Shown here piece by piece: positions 1-13,738 of a DNA stretch of 64,000 nucleotides. Under the pieces are notes generated by a model. That model saw nothing but the letters and a program-made list of their open reading frames with translations. It did no database searches and was not told the origin of the DNA. Origin of the DNA: Phoronis australis (taxonomy: Eukaryota; Animalia; Phoronida); assembly GCA_002633005.1 (NCBI GenBank), contig NMRA01000183.1, forward strand, positions 692,942 through 756,941, in the 5' to 3' direction. The position numbers and the translations under genes were made by a program. The stretch's first letter is position 1. Each line of letters begins with the position of its first letter.

Positions 1-761
1 CACATCTTAATACATGTTTAATAAGATTAATTGCAGCTATAGGGCCGTTTGATACAATTACATTATTTAGTGAAAATTCAAAATGAGGTGACATTTTTGA
101 AAAATACGATAATTTATTCCAAGTATCTATCCGAAACGTGCAGATAAAGGTTTTCTGATAGATAAAATACATGTATAAGCAAACATGATCGATCAATGAG
201 CTTTGAAATGTATTGTGGATAGCTCATCTCATTGGTTGCAGTGTAGGGCTTTCCATGAACTTTTTTTCTTTAGAAAGGAAAAGTTAGAGATCATGACATA
301 TGTAGTGTATGTTACCGTAAACAGGATACATTACAACAAATTTTAACGACTGTTATGTCACTAATAAAAGTGGACTCTGGACAAAACAAGAGACAATTTG
401 ATTTTGAACACCTATTGCAAAGTTGTCACGGTCAACATTCAAGAATCAAAAAACTGAACAACTGGATGGAAAAGTGTGACTGAAGGATAAAAAAACTGGA
501 CATCTGGGTCGAAGTGAAAACGTTAGAGTGAAATGTTCGTTGCAACACACAAAGACTTATCGTGGAACGAGAGATGTAGAGCCCAAAAATGCCCAACAGC
601 TTATTTTGTTGATGTTTTTAAAGTTGAATGGGAAATTGCAGGTGTTACCAAAACATGAAATGCCCTCCTTATAGGAATTGTTCTGAAACCCCCCTCGACC
701 CCACACCCCTCGGCCCACGCCTCACAACCCCCTCGACAAGGTGCATAGAAATTGATCTGTG

Positions 762-3700
762 CTGTTAATTTTGTCATACCTTCATCCAATTTTCAATTAA
801 TTGACTTTGAAGTTACAGTTATTTTGCCGACTTAATCACCAGTCGGTTACCCGTACAGTGACGTCATAGGAATGTCTGACACCTACCGGCGATTGTGTGT
901 ATTCATTTACAGGGTACAGAAACAATTCATCCTTTGCAGTGTTGACGAAATTTTTCCCAGAGACGAGCAAAGAAGTCTCGTTTTTAACTGTTGATACACA
1001 TTTCTTTACAAATGAGTATCGAAGGATCATTCCAGTTGTAAAGTACATGTAGGTTATACTGATGATGATGGCTATCACACAGAGTATCATTCAAATTGTA
1101 TTTGAGCAGTATGGACAACAGATTAACAGACTTTTCACTAATAAAAGCCTAACATCAAAAATTCGAACTTGAATTTGCACTTGACAGCGTATTACCTCAG
1201 AGGGCATGTTCTAACCATCCACAAAAGCTTGTAAAACGAGTTTGTGAAGGCACCTATGGACAAAGACAAACGTAGTCTGCTGGCTGTAAAAAAATCGAAC
1301 GACGCCAACGCCTCAACGTGTTACGAAACCAATGTGCGCAAGAAAACAAAGCACTACACAATTTGCATTATCAATCTGAAGGTTTCGTTAACCTTGGCAA
1401 TGCCGTTCTTAGTAACAATTCTTTCAGAAATTCAATTGTAGACAGGTTGGAATGTGCATTCTCTCACGCTTTGCTATTTTAAAGACAGCACATATTTAGC
1501 CCGAGAGTAATCCGCATTTTTTACGTACGGTACACGTCTGCCATAAAATGGTGGTGAATGTTCATGAAATATTGAGTGCGCTCTATTTTAATAATTTTGG
1601 ATTTCGTACTTCATCCGTAGCTCATCGGGGTATTATGAAACGTTGATTTCCATGCAGCTTGCCAATGAAATCTCTGAAGATGGTGCCAGTCGGCAATCAG
1701 CCACTGTAAATGTCATTTTAAACTTTTGGGAGTTTTTGGAAGTTAAATGGAGCGGTCTTAAAAGTCAAAAGTATGAAACACTTTTACTACTCAGTAGATA
1801 TCGCCAGGTGAAGATTTTTTAATGCTTGCAAATAAGTAAAACGAAACTGATGAGAACGAGCTTCGTAACACATGAACCTTCCCACGAAGTTCGACGACTT
1901 TGCGGGATGTATAGGGGTCAACGGTTGGGCGCCGGCTAAGCATCGGTGTCAAAAAACACTCAATCGTTTATACTGTTCTGGTGAAAATGGCATGACTGTG
2001 CTAGGTTTCCGTTACAGTACGACAATTGTTGTCCCCCGGCGACAACATAATATGCCGAGTGCGACAATATCAATACCGGCACAAAAGCTTATGGTAAAAA
2101 GAGCCGGTGGAGTCGGCCGAACATTATGCGATTTGTAACCAAGGCAAAAATGAATGGAACATGAAGCTTGGAGACACCTTGTTTAGGTGGATGCAGTGGA
2201 ATGTCCGGTGAACAAAGTGACCGTAGCTTACGATGTCATGGAAAAGAGGCAAACGACGGGCGTCGGTTTAAATATCCGTGAAGCATCACTAGTCATGACG
2301 CTCTGAGCAAATATTTTTAGAACAATTATGATAGAATAGACAAATCTTACTAACGAGGTGATTGGGCGTTGATTTTTATTTCCGCATGGTTTATCGGAAT
2401 ATGTAAAATTCTCCAAAACCGAAAAAGCACATGCTGCGGTAAATGTTTCAGTTCAGTGGAAAATGACATGACATTTTTAACCATAAAAGCGCCAAAACTA
2501 CATTTCAGAATAAGTCTTTGACAGTCAAAAATGCCGCGTAAGTAGGTGGTCTTTAGCGAATAGTTCGAAAAACTTTTGAAGTTTTTTGGAAACTATGGAT
2601 TTCCGTGGAAAAGTTTCAAATGCCACCAAAATGATCGCTAGTTATCACTGCTATCAGCACTGTGGGAGTGGTTCAAAAACGCAATAAAATGTGAATATTC
2701 ATAAAAGACATAACACCTGCAAGTTGTGAGATGCCCATTTCAAGTACCCATGACTATAAATTACAAGATAAGTGTGTAGGCTACCATTTTCAAAATGTCT
2801 CATGCTGAAATAGTCTAGCTCACGCGTGGCGTGGGTATTCAAGCAACAGATAGCGCTTGCCTTGGAGATGCTGGGAATAGACCGGACAGTAGTAATGACT
2901 TGGTACGGCTACCACCCAACTCATGAACAACCCCTTACGGTTTGGCTGTCCGGTGTCATGGTGCAAATTTACGAGTCGTTGATGGCCAGAAGAAAGAACA
3001 ACGTGGGCCATGTGGTTCAGCGACGATGTGTGTTTGGAGGATACTGCCTTGTACAGAACGTTGGATTTCTGCAGTTTGTGCTGAACAGGAACGCCAAATA
3101 CACTTCTCCCCATCTTACAACAGTTCATCTTGCTCGTCTCCGTCATCCACAGCGACATGTGGGATGCCTACCACGGTATCGTCAACCTCCCAGTTGTGCC
3201 ACCGTACACCCACCACACGGTCAACGATACCATGGACTTCGTTGATCCACAGACTAGCGCACACAGCAACCATGTCGAGTGTTTTTGGAAGAACGCGAAG
3301 TAGATGTTCAAGAGCATGTGTGGTGTCATCCCGGACATCTTGGAAGCGCATCTTGACGAGTTTATGTGGCAGCAACTTTACGCTGGCAACAGCGGTCGAC
3401 AGCTGTTTTTTACGATAGTCGACCCCACTCCTTGAGTACCATAAACCCAACGACTATTTTAAGGGCTACTCACTACTTCCCAATTGGACTGTTTCACTTG
3501 AAGTTTTCTACAACAGTACAATGTGCGCCTGAACATGACTTATACTTAAAAAAATAAAATTTTCTGTATAATTACCACTTTACAATAAAAATGTTTACCA
3601 TTACTAGGCCTACACAGGAATTGGTACAATGCTAACACAAGAATTAATAATTAAGTTACAATCGCAAACGAAATTCATTTTGCTTTCAGGCACCACACAG

Positions 3701-4054
3701 CAAAGGTCTTACTGCACCAACACGATTTCTAACTATACGCGCTTGAATGAAACGTGATAGACACCAGCATCACCTGGTTCCCGAAACATCTTGAATCACG
3801 CAATTATAAAAGAGTTCAGTATCGTTGCACGAAGGGACGAGATTAAGGCGGATTTTCCTTCCGTGCCTCTTGACAGTGTCATTCATCGTTTTCTTACCCT
3901 GTAAATGAATACACAAAATCACCGACTGATATCAGGCATTCCTATGACGTCATTCTACGGGTAATCGACTGGTGACAAAGTCGGCAAAAGAATTGTAACT
4001 TCAAAGTCAATCAATTAAAAAGTATATGGACGTATGGCAAAATTAACATACGCC
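762..4054 (+). mobile_element. Decayed, formerly autonomous Merlin (IS1016/IS1595-related) transposon
   Basis: About 160-bp imperfect inverted repeats at ~762-920 and ~3890-4054, e.g. TGTTAATTTTGTCATAC...GACTTTGAAGTTACA versus TGTAACTTCAAAGTC...GTATGGCAAAATTAACATACGCC. Right end terminates in CC. Encloses a Merlin transposase pseudogene. Confidence 0.85.
2826..3420 (+). pseudogene. Merlin/ISXO2-like DDE transposase pseudogene (frameshift and stop)
   Basis: One frame reads VMVQIYESLMARRKNNVGHVVQRRCVFGGYC...GFLQFVLNRNA (V.IDES...RK.N.G...WVFG motif). After a frameshift it reads LLPILQQFILLVSVIHSDMWDAYHGI...THHTVNDTMDFVDPQTSAHSNHVECFWKNAK*MFKSMCGV...HLDEFMW, the canonical ISXO2/Merlin core. Confidence 0.93.
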
Positions 4055-6574
4055 TTGTGAACACGTGAATACTAAAATCATGATTCTAGGAGCTCGGCTG
4101 GATTTTCCCTGTTTTTTGCAATTAAGGCAGTCGATTCAGCACGTTCGAAAGCCAAAAAACAGAAAAAAAAACAGTAAAACCAAACTGTTAAATAAAACGA
4201 TTTCAAAGTGAAATGAAGTATATTGTAAAGGAGTATACGATATAATAAAAATAATAAAAATATAATTCACGTTAACGTACCCTCTCCTTCAGTTTATTAG
4301 AACTGGGCCTTTGATAGCCGCTCGTGGAACTGTTTCCTTGACAGCGATAGCGCGCTATTCAAGACCAGCGCGTTCTCACGCCACTTCCTGTTTTTAATCA
4401 CCAGAATTCAGCCAGAAAAGACCCGCGTGTACGTATGTCTTATGAGAAAGTTACCCAGCGACGTAATAAAAATATAAAATATGTAAAAAGCGCATAGATC
4501 CTCTATTGCCACAAGTCGGGGGTTCAGGGGGTTGTGGGTCGAGGGGGTCTTGGGTCGAGGGAGTCGTGTCGTGTTTCGAGGAGTGTGGGGGTCGGGGGAG
4601 GGTTTCAGAAAAATCCTCCTTATAATCGAGCATGTTATAATATGTCAATTTGGCCGTGTGTCAAAAAACGGGATGTTTAGATAGTGAAATTAAAAGTGAA
4701 ACAGCCGCCAACAAGGGGCCAATTGTCAAATACACCGTGCGCAGTCAGCACGAACTAGTGGATTAGGTTCTTTGCCTAGGTAAACTTTCATGTTTTAAAA
4801 TTTTAAGAGGTCGTTAAATTGCAAAAATGGAGTCTGAGGTTTCCAACCCAGCTTACATGTAAAAGTTGTTTGACTAAAATAAGAAGTCACCCGACCTCTT
4901 GGGGTCCTCAAATTTGCACCGTGTATTCCTAAATGTAGACGTGCATTCATTCTTTAACTCAATTTTCCCGGCCGGCGAACGAACATACATGTAGAACACA
5001 GGCGACTGCATGGCCTGGTGCCTCGAATTTCACCGATCTTGCCCGATTTTGCTTTTGCCAAACAAATTCCGACTTCTGTCTACTTCCTGCTTTAATTTAA
5101 TCATTGTGCCAAATGTGCCGCTTTCACGAAATAAAACGGAACAGTTGTGAATCAAAGGTTATAAAGCTAGAAGAACGGTTCGTAATTTTAACTTTGGAAG
5201 TCAACACGAACTTTGAAACGAATTTAGAATTAATTAATCTTTGACTTTGATACACGCGCTGCTGACTTGCTGTGGCGACACGTTTTGATTACTGTTCGTT
5301 GTTGTATTTTAATTTTAAATTTAAAGATTTTCGTCTTGCAAATTGACTCTGCTTTCAGTACTTTGACTAAGATAAATTCGTGTGAAAGCATGTCATGTCC
5401 ACGTGACGAAGCATAAAGACTTAACGTATATTTCGACATATTCACCACAGACAGGACCGAAGTTGAAAATATAACGGCTACAGAAGGTAAATTGTCAACC
5501 CTTTAACTCGCCCGTCAGAGTATGAATGAAGCTAAGGTGCCAAAAACATCAAATTTGTTCGTGCTTGACCCAAGAACTATCCAAAGATATCATTGGCCAT
5601 ATAGACAAAATACAAACCGTAATGGCTGGATTACAATTGAAGCATTTAAACGGTCTAGAGGCCGGCATGAAAGGGGCATATACCACTGACGTCTTTTTGA
5701 CCGCGTCAGTAGCGAATTGGTCTCCCTAAATTAGCCAAAGTTCATTCCAGAGATCAGTGTTTTGTTCATATTTAGATACATGTATTTTGTGTAGGCTAGG
5801 CAAACCAACCACGAGGGAGCCTACTCGTTGCAAAAGTAAATCTCTTTGTTAATTTCCGCCATTTTGATTTGCGGAAAGGTGTCTGGGAAAAATGTTGGTG
5901 TTTGCAAGAGATTCGCAGCAACGCACCCATATAATAGGCTTTGTAATGAGCAAGGGTGTGATAACCAGAGTGACCAAAAAGACAGTTATGCTCAGCCAGG
6001 TTACAGGTTTTGACTATCACATGCAGACGTGGTAGCGTGAAAATTGCATGTATACCAAGATTTCGGAACCATCCGAACGAACGCCACGAGGTAGTGCATT
6101 TTTCTGACAAATCGCTGGTGGAATTAAAGGCATTCTTTCGTAATCGAGTTACTTTTTTAATGCTACTCATAACTGAACGCCATGTGCGAAATATTAAAGT
6201 TAAGAATATGCTTTGACACTCGACAGGACTTGGTATATATACATGTAATGACATTTTCGTAGTCGTAAACTCGAAAGTTAGAATTCATTGTAAAAGTCCA
6301 CCGTACTGGGTAAAAATGCAGGATTGAGTTTATGGTCTGATTTCAACGGCAGATTTTTATTTTAAGGTCTTTCGGGGAAGCTGTTTTAGTGGTGCAGTTT
6401 TGAAAATATTCAATAGACTTTAACATGTGCTATCAATTGAATGTCCTGTTTCGAAGCTTTAAAACTTTTCATTAGATTTATAACAAATGGCGATGCGAAT
6501 GCAATTTTTGTAATTTGTTTTCTGAATAAATAGTTACATGTACATCGTGGTGCTCTAAAATACTCTCATAGCAA

Positions 6575-9500
6575 GTTTTTTATTGGTGTACAGAACATAA
6601 ATACAAAGACATGTAAGACAAAAAATTCAAGCCATTCTCTCTCTTAGCATACACACACGCCCACACGCACCCGCGCCCCCTCAGCATACCCACCCAGTTT
6701 TAATAGGATGTTGTCAGGAAAACGTTATGGTTAACCAGTTCCTCCAGGTTGCATGGCTTTCATCTAAATTACCAGTAGTTAATAAAATTCTTCTTTGAAT
6801 ATAGAATTCTCTTTCTAATAACTTGAGGAAATGTCAGAAACTGGGAATATTTTTACACCCATATACGTAAATTAAATGATTTAAATGAAAAAGTATCCAG
6901 TTTATGATATTTTACTCGTTAAATATATTTGAATGAGCATCTGCACCCGTCTTACTCCCTTACCCCTCACTCCTCAATTCGGTGCAGGCCTTTACTCGTT
7001 GTTTTCCGAGCCTCATTGGTCGATTGTTATCACGTGCCCAGAGTTTGGTCAGCTCTGGGCTCTCAAACACTGATGATTGTCACGTGCCCTTAGGAATTCA
7101 CATTATTATTGTAAAGATATCTATCATAAAAAACTATTTTCAAGAAAACATTATTTTGTCAATAACCATATCTACACCTTTTACAAACAACTTCTATCAA
7201 TCTTTTATATTATTGCATTCGAAAAAGATATGATCCACTTTTTTCACTTTGTAACTGGCAGAAAGTACATACTCAGAGTCCAGCAAAAAAGACTTCGTTA
7301 CAGGTATTCAGTGTAATAGTTTAAACTGCAATGCGCATAACTTGAAACCGTAAGTAATGTTAAATGGCAATGGTAATAATTTTCCAGACATCATTTAGAA
7401 AGTTATTACCTTCTTCCTGAAATCTTTTTGGGGCAATAAGCAAGATATTTTATATATCACTTTACATATTGACGTGCAGTTTAAAAATTACGGATATTAA
7501 AAGGTATTATTGGTCCATATATCTTAATTAACTGCAATTACAACGGTGTTCTCAGAAACGACGAAATTGTCTCAATCAGAAAACAATATTTCAAAACGTG
7601 TGTCGGCATACTCGAGATCATTTTAAATTCACTAAATGAGTAAAACATGTTATTTTATCAAGTAGGTCATTAATAAAAATAACACCACCACTAGAATACT
7701 TTCTAAAGAAGATTTTCCGTCTATAATTATTCTATCATTATGCCATAAAGTTGTTGAGAGTGAATCATTCACATCTTTACGGGGCTGTTTACTTATGAAA
7801 AAGACTAGTTACAAAAAAGGATTGATATTTAATAAAATCTTTTCCAAAATTTGTAATATTTGACTTTACAATCTCTGTTTCAAGTTAAAATAATTCAGAC
7901 ACCCATTTTGTTTCTCAAGTATGTAGTCTTTTTATCCATGAAATATTTATAGCCTTGTTTAAAAGAATTATATACAACATTTTCATTCCTCCTTCCACGT
8001 AAGTTTTAATTAATACATCTCTCTCACTTCTCTCCACTTTGTTATTCCAAATAAAATTCTTACGTTCAACTCATTCATAATAATGTCTGGTGGAGTAGGC
8101 TGGGTTGTCATAATGTGAATAATTTTTGGCACCATCAAGATCTTTACCACCGTAACTTTCCCAAAAAAAGAGATTTTGCTTCTAGACCAAGTTTTGATAA
8201 CATTATTGATTTTATCAATCATTTCATTTTAGTTGATATCAATCCTTTTTTTAGGTTAAAACTGAACTTGAATTAAATTCATCCAAATAACATTTGTTTT
8301 GACATGATTTACTCTCAAACCAGACATTTCTGTATATTTACTCAAAACTTCCATAGTAGCTTCCAAACTACGCCATGAACCATGTAAGAAAAACGTTGTG
8401 TCATCAGCATACTGAGTAAGTATAAATCATTATTTTCTATTTGAATGCCTTAAATTGCCCTGTCTTGTTTCGTCATCATAGGTAATATTTCAGCACATAA
8501 AATGAAAACACATCATTCATAACTGAATCACACTGTTCGAAAGATTTTGAATTTTTTCTAAATGGTACAGTATACCGGAACGGCATATTGCTTCTTAACA
8601 CCAGTTACTGTATCTTGAACTATGCCTACATAATCCTTGCAATTTAGAAGTGAATTATCAAATTTCCAGAGTCCTTTACCGCTCATAATTTATTTAAATT
8701 TTAAGCTTAACAAGACCCGAGAATGATCTGATCTGGAACTTGGACTTAAACAAGTTCTTTGGATGCAATGCATCAATGATTTGGAAACCAGACAAAGGTC
8801 AAACATAGACTGCCAAGTGAATCTTCTCATTGAAGGAAAAAATTTCGAAAGCGATCCCAGACATCAAACGTATTAATTATTCCCTTTAGACATTTAGTAT
8901 CCAGTTCTTGACTCAGAACTACATTAAAATAGCTACATAAAATAAAATTATCGACATAAATTTCTACGATTATTGAAAATATATTATTATAAAAGTCCAG
9001 GTTATCAATATTTGCACCGTACCAAGTTACAGTGATCCTCTCACTCCCTCCATAATTATTTCTATTATAACATAATTTCCCGTAGGATCCTTTGTCACAG
9101 CTTGGAGTGTAACCTGAAAGTTATTGTTAAATTGACTAGCTACTCCTCTTCAGTTGTTCTTGTAAGTCCTCAAATAACAAGTGTAACGCCACTGAGATTC
9201 TTTGTACGGCTCCAAATCACAAGCAAATTGAGGGTCTTGTAGACAGTATATATTAAATGCTTTACTTCTTGTGCAATTAAAGACATCTCTTAATATTTCT
9301 GTGGTTCCTGATCTCTGGCAATTAACTGAAACGATATTGATTCCGATCATAATAGGAAATAAAAACTCTTTTTACAAGAGAAATCTTGAGATCACATAAA
9401 GTATTACAAAAACTTAAAGGGTGTGCAGGTGGAACCAAGTATACATTCTCACATACAAATTCACAATCAAAGCATGAATCAAAAAGATTATTAATAAACA

Positions 9501-10500
9501 AATCAGATGACAACATTGACAAATATACTGACTAATGAAGTGTACAGTGTAGTCTCCTTCCAGTTCATAATGGCACAAGAGTATTTCCAACAAACTCAAA
9601 TAAATTACAAAAACTAACAGTTCCAATGTGCCACACAGAGATCTCCATTAATGAATATCTTGGTTTAACTCCAAATCATTAACTTGGTGTACAGTACATT
9701 AGCCGACTACTCTTTCAGATATATCTTCCCATCGCAGGTCATAGAGCCTTTCATTCCTCCCCTCGCACCAACATCCCTTACCGCTTTGAATAGTTTTGCC
9801 CTTCGCTTTGTGAGACTCTCGTTGACATAAACGCCCGCATCAACATCTTTCAAGGGCTCACACATTTGAACGATCACGTATGAGCAAAACTAATCCAAAG
9901 TAGTGCGGCAATGTGGATGAGTTGACTTGCTATTATGCTTGACTGAAAACCGTCCTATTCTGTGGCTTCTACTGACATCGGCTTCAGTTGTATTGGCGCC
10001 CATTCTCTTATCCAATTCTAACACAATTTTATCAGTTGATTCCCCTCTGTCTCCTTTTTACCAGCAATAACTAGAAAATGTTTCCTGCTATACTGTTGCT
10101 GCTTGCCACGTTCTTCTTGTAAGGCGACTATTTCAAAATCATACTTTTGCCTCAAATCGGACAGTTCTTGCCTTAACGCAGTTTTTTCTGGTCCTTTTCT
10201 TTCAACTTTTCTGCAAACTGAATTTCTAAACTTTTCATCTAGCCAACCGTGTAACATATTCTTTAATGTACACTGTGGAGCGTGCAATCAGTTCAGGGAT
10301 CACGCTGCACTCGGCCCATTTTGAAGAATCGTGCTTCGATCTGTCTCAGAAACGGAGATTTGAAGGTTTTTCCAACCCGTATGCGTATTTGACGGAGAAA
10401 CGTTGTTCCGTGTTGTGCCATTGCTGGAACGTAGTTGTCAGCGTGATCTTCAGCATGAAATTGTAATTGAGATAATGAATGTGATTGCAGTAAGTTTCCG
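6575..10500 (-). mobile_element. Decayed L1/Tx1-clade LINE (ORF1 and ORF2 remnants, internal deletions)
   Basis: Minus strand: ORF1-like QQYSRKHFLVIAG, SRSHRIGR, VYVNESLTKRRAKLF (~9700-10200). Endonuclease start IVSVNCQ...NIYCLQD (~9350) and SDHS, KGLWKFDNSLL (~8650-8730). RT motif QYADDTTFFL (~8385-8415). Post-RT KINNVIKTWSRSKISFFGKVTVVK (~8130-8220). AATAAA/A-rich 3' end near 6575-6583. Outer limits approximate. Confidence 0.88.
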
Positions 10501-12267
10501 TCATTCTATTTCGTGGGAATGCATGTTATCCAAATATAGGTCAATGCCCAAAAGTAAAAAATGGAGTGTAGATGACACGGAAATAGTTTGAGATCCCGAC
10601 CGCAGCTGGCACAGGGGCTAGTGTCGGACACTGGACAGAAATATTCGACGATTTCCAACGGTACAAATTTTTCCTAATTTTGGAACAGAAAAGACAGAAA
10701 CAGTACCATTTACCAAAAAGAAAATCCATTTAGCATCACTACAAATGTGTTCGTTCCTGACAAACGCTTTGACAGTCAGGGGAAAACGATAAGCTTTAAG
10801 TCCAAAACAAATGTTACCCGACACTGAAATTGATAGAAATTGATATCGTGATTCAATGAAAAGCTGTAATTACCACTTTGAAATCAGGACTGTCTGCAAA
10901 CTGAGTAAGCTTCAACATGGCTTCTCTGGTCTACTGCCCCGGTTCGGCAGATATGGTCGAGTATGTACGGCCTGAACACGCAAATTCTGACCATATGGCG
11001 AGGTCTAACTCATTACCTGTTTTAGCTACGGCCTTCATCCTCATCTTCATATCTGTCTTCAAACGCTTCAAGCCCGCTCTCTCAGTCACTGTAACTTATC
11101 CGCCGTTGCAAATTTACTGTCAACTGATCAAGCTTGTTTAGTTACGTGGTTATGTGATTCCTTATGCCAATCATAATGCGGTCTTTTCCAAAAACTAAAG
11201 AGTATTGAATAGTTAAAGCTATTGTGCCAACACTTTACAGAGTCAAGGTAAAGTTGATCCCACCTCTCTGCTCGAGACGTAAAACAATTAACGTTTTAGC
11301 GATAATTAATTAATTGGGCACTGCAAATTCAGTTGACATTGCGAGTGAATGCTGAAATAGCTATCAGAGTTAATCCATGTGTATGTTATATTGACTGAAA
11401 TCCCCAAGTAATTAAAAGAATTTTCACTAGTCAAAGTTTAATTGGCGTTTCCTAGGCTTCGGCAAATCGACTTAATTTGAAATCAGGAACATAAGTTCTC
11501 GAAAAGGGCTTAGTGGATTTTTGCCAAATTTTTCCGAACTTCATATTTTTTCACCAGTCTCAAAAGCTCTGCTGGTACTTTCGATATACGTATAAAGGCC
11601 TAGTTTTTACAAAAAAATAGCGTACAGTTTGCGATTTTTTGTCATAGAAACCAAATTTAGACAGTAATAACAAAATTCTGAGGTAACTGGTGGAGTTTTC
11701 ATTTAAAAACAGGTTTCATTAAAATCGACCGAGGCGTTATTTTCTATGAATCATTCTCAAAAATGAAATTTTGATTTAAACTAGTGTTAATGTAATAATA
11801 TTAGCCCATATATATGAAATATACTTTGATAATACATCCCTGATAAACTTTATTTGTTGACAAAGCCTGTTTTTTCAGATACCAGTTAGAATGGAGACCA
11901 CTAAATAAGGTTTGGGATAATCATAAGTATGTAAGTAGAGTCACCAGATCAGCTACACTCATCTTCCCAATTTCACACCCTCCTGTCCGGGCTCCTTATA
12001 CATGTACCTGATAGGTGGGATCGTTGGAGCACTTTTACTGTTATGAACGTTGCAGTTTGATGTTGAATTATTTATATTTTTTCGAATGACAATCTTTACT
12101 GGTAATAATCATAAAGTTCATTTGTTCGTTAAAATATGTGTAGCACTGATGTCCCTAGAAGGCGTCGTTGCGAGGAAATGGGACTACAAAATCAGTCTTG
12201 TTGACAACCCGAAGGTGTTATTTCGTGCAGTGTGAGGAATTTGGACTTTGTGCTTCCAAGACACTTT

Positions 12268-12318
12268 GCCTTATTTATTTGCCTTATTTATTTGCCTTAT
12301 TTATTTGCCTTATTTATT
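12268..12318. repeat. Short tandem repeat, 13-bp unit GCCTTATTTATTT, about 4 copies
   Basis: Read directly from the sequence. Confidence 0.85.
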
Positions 12319-13738
12319 GGGGGGGGGGGTGCAACGGGACAGTTTTTTGGAAATTCAATAACCCTCCATTAATTGTTGTAAAATGGGAATCTCTACTAGG
12401 TACACTGTTACTGAAAATGTGTCCCAATACGTGGTAGAGTGTAGGCAAGTATCAACGGTCAACGGCTGGAGTTGTACTGGAAAGCGGTTACTCTGGTTCA
12501 ACTATTCATTTATTGATCAACCTGTAAGTAAAATGCATAATGGTGCACTGTATTTGAGTATTCGTGGAATAATATTTCTAGTTTGAATCTTCGATGATGA
12601 TTTCTTACGCTTTTTCTCCATAGAGGGCGTCCAACTGAAACAAGCAAGATACAATCATCAGAACAGCTTTAAAGCGACAATGGACATTTCATTTTTAGAA
12701 ATAAATAAAATGTTACATCAAATAAATCCTTAGTTTTTGTACATTTATTGTAACAATGATAACACATCCTTGAAATTAAGATCAACCTAGAAGTCTTTGT
12801 TATAGACAGAAATGTTTTAAGCATTTCTCTGGAATTTTTTCTAAACTAGGTTTTCGACGTACTCCACCTTAAACGTATCCGTTAATTCGACACGAATAAC
12901 AGCAAGCCTGGAGGACTGATGCGGAGTTGCAAACACTTGGGAATCCCTGTAACATGTAGTTTGCGCAGTTCACCTTGGTTCCGAAAATCGTTTCAAATCT
13001 TTTCTCTGGGTTGTCCTGGCAATCTGAAAGATGACGTTTAAGAAAAAGATGTTTTGTAATAAATTTATGTCTCTTTTTGGTAAAATTTACTTAAACATTT
13101 GTCACGTGACCCACATAATAGGATAATGAAGCACTCTACAGTTTTTACAGAGTTTTGGCTGCCGACACACACCCAAAAAGTGGAGACGAGACTTTACCTC
13201 GCGTTCTTATGAAGAGTGAAAAACCTAAGTATGATAACTGAGACTTAGTTATGCTACAGATTTCCTATGGATTAATTTAAGTCGGAAAAATTCCGGCACA
13301 AAAAATAGCACCAAAAATACCAAATTTGATAATTTTCTCCCCAAAACTACAATTTTCCTGCATTATCCAAGCGCAAGAAAAAAATCTGACTCCAAATTCA
13401 GAATGGTTGTTCTCAATAGATTCTAAAAATTTGGTTACAGTACGCCCTTACCAGCTACATTTTGGCAACTTTGATCTGTTTGAAGTCCACCTGAATTCGC
13501 CCCCAGTTTCTCAGACACTAGGCGACAAGAATTCAAAGCAAACGCCAGTCACCATTTTGTATCAAAGTACATGTAGGTCACATTATACCTTCAGAAAGTA
13601 TTTACGTTTAGTGACTTAAAATCTATAGATAAGGTCCTACATAACTTAAGATACGCCAAATTATTCGATTGTTCCCACTGTGCTAGATATCAATTTGTCT
13701 TTGATAACAACCTCAGTCATTTTGAAAAGTCCCCTATT

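Larger units (their letters stand above)
674..4616. mobile_element. Non-autonomous Merlin-type DNA transposon, split by a nested Merlin (own sequence about 674-761 plus 4055-4616)
   Basis: Termini GGAATTGTTCTGAAACC (674) and GGTTTCAGAAAAATCC (4616). Perfect 8-bp TSD TCCTTATA at 666-673 and 4617-4624. Subterminal CCCTCGACCCAC-type repeats at both ends. GG...CC termini with 8-9 bp TSD are established Merlin hallmarks. Confidence 0.9.

Noticed and set aside
2826-3420. Bacterial IS1595 insertion or horizontal transfer
   Set aside because: Merlin is the established eukaryotic relative of IS1016/IS1595. Long TIRs and the surrounding metazoan TEs fit a native element.
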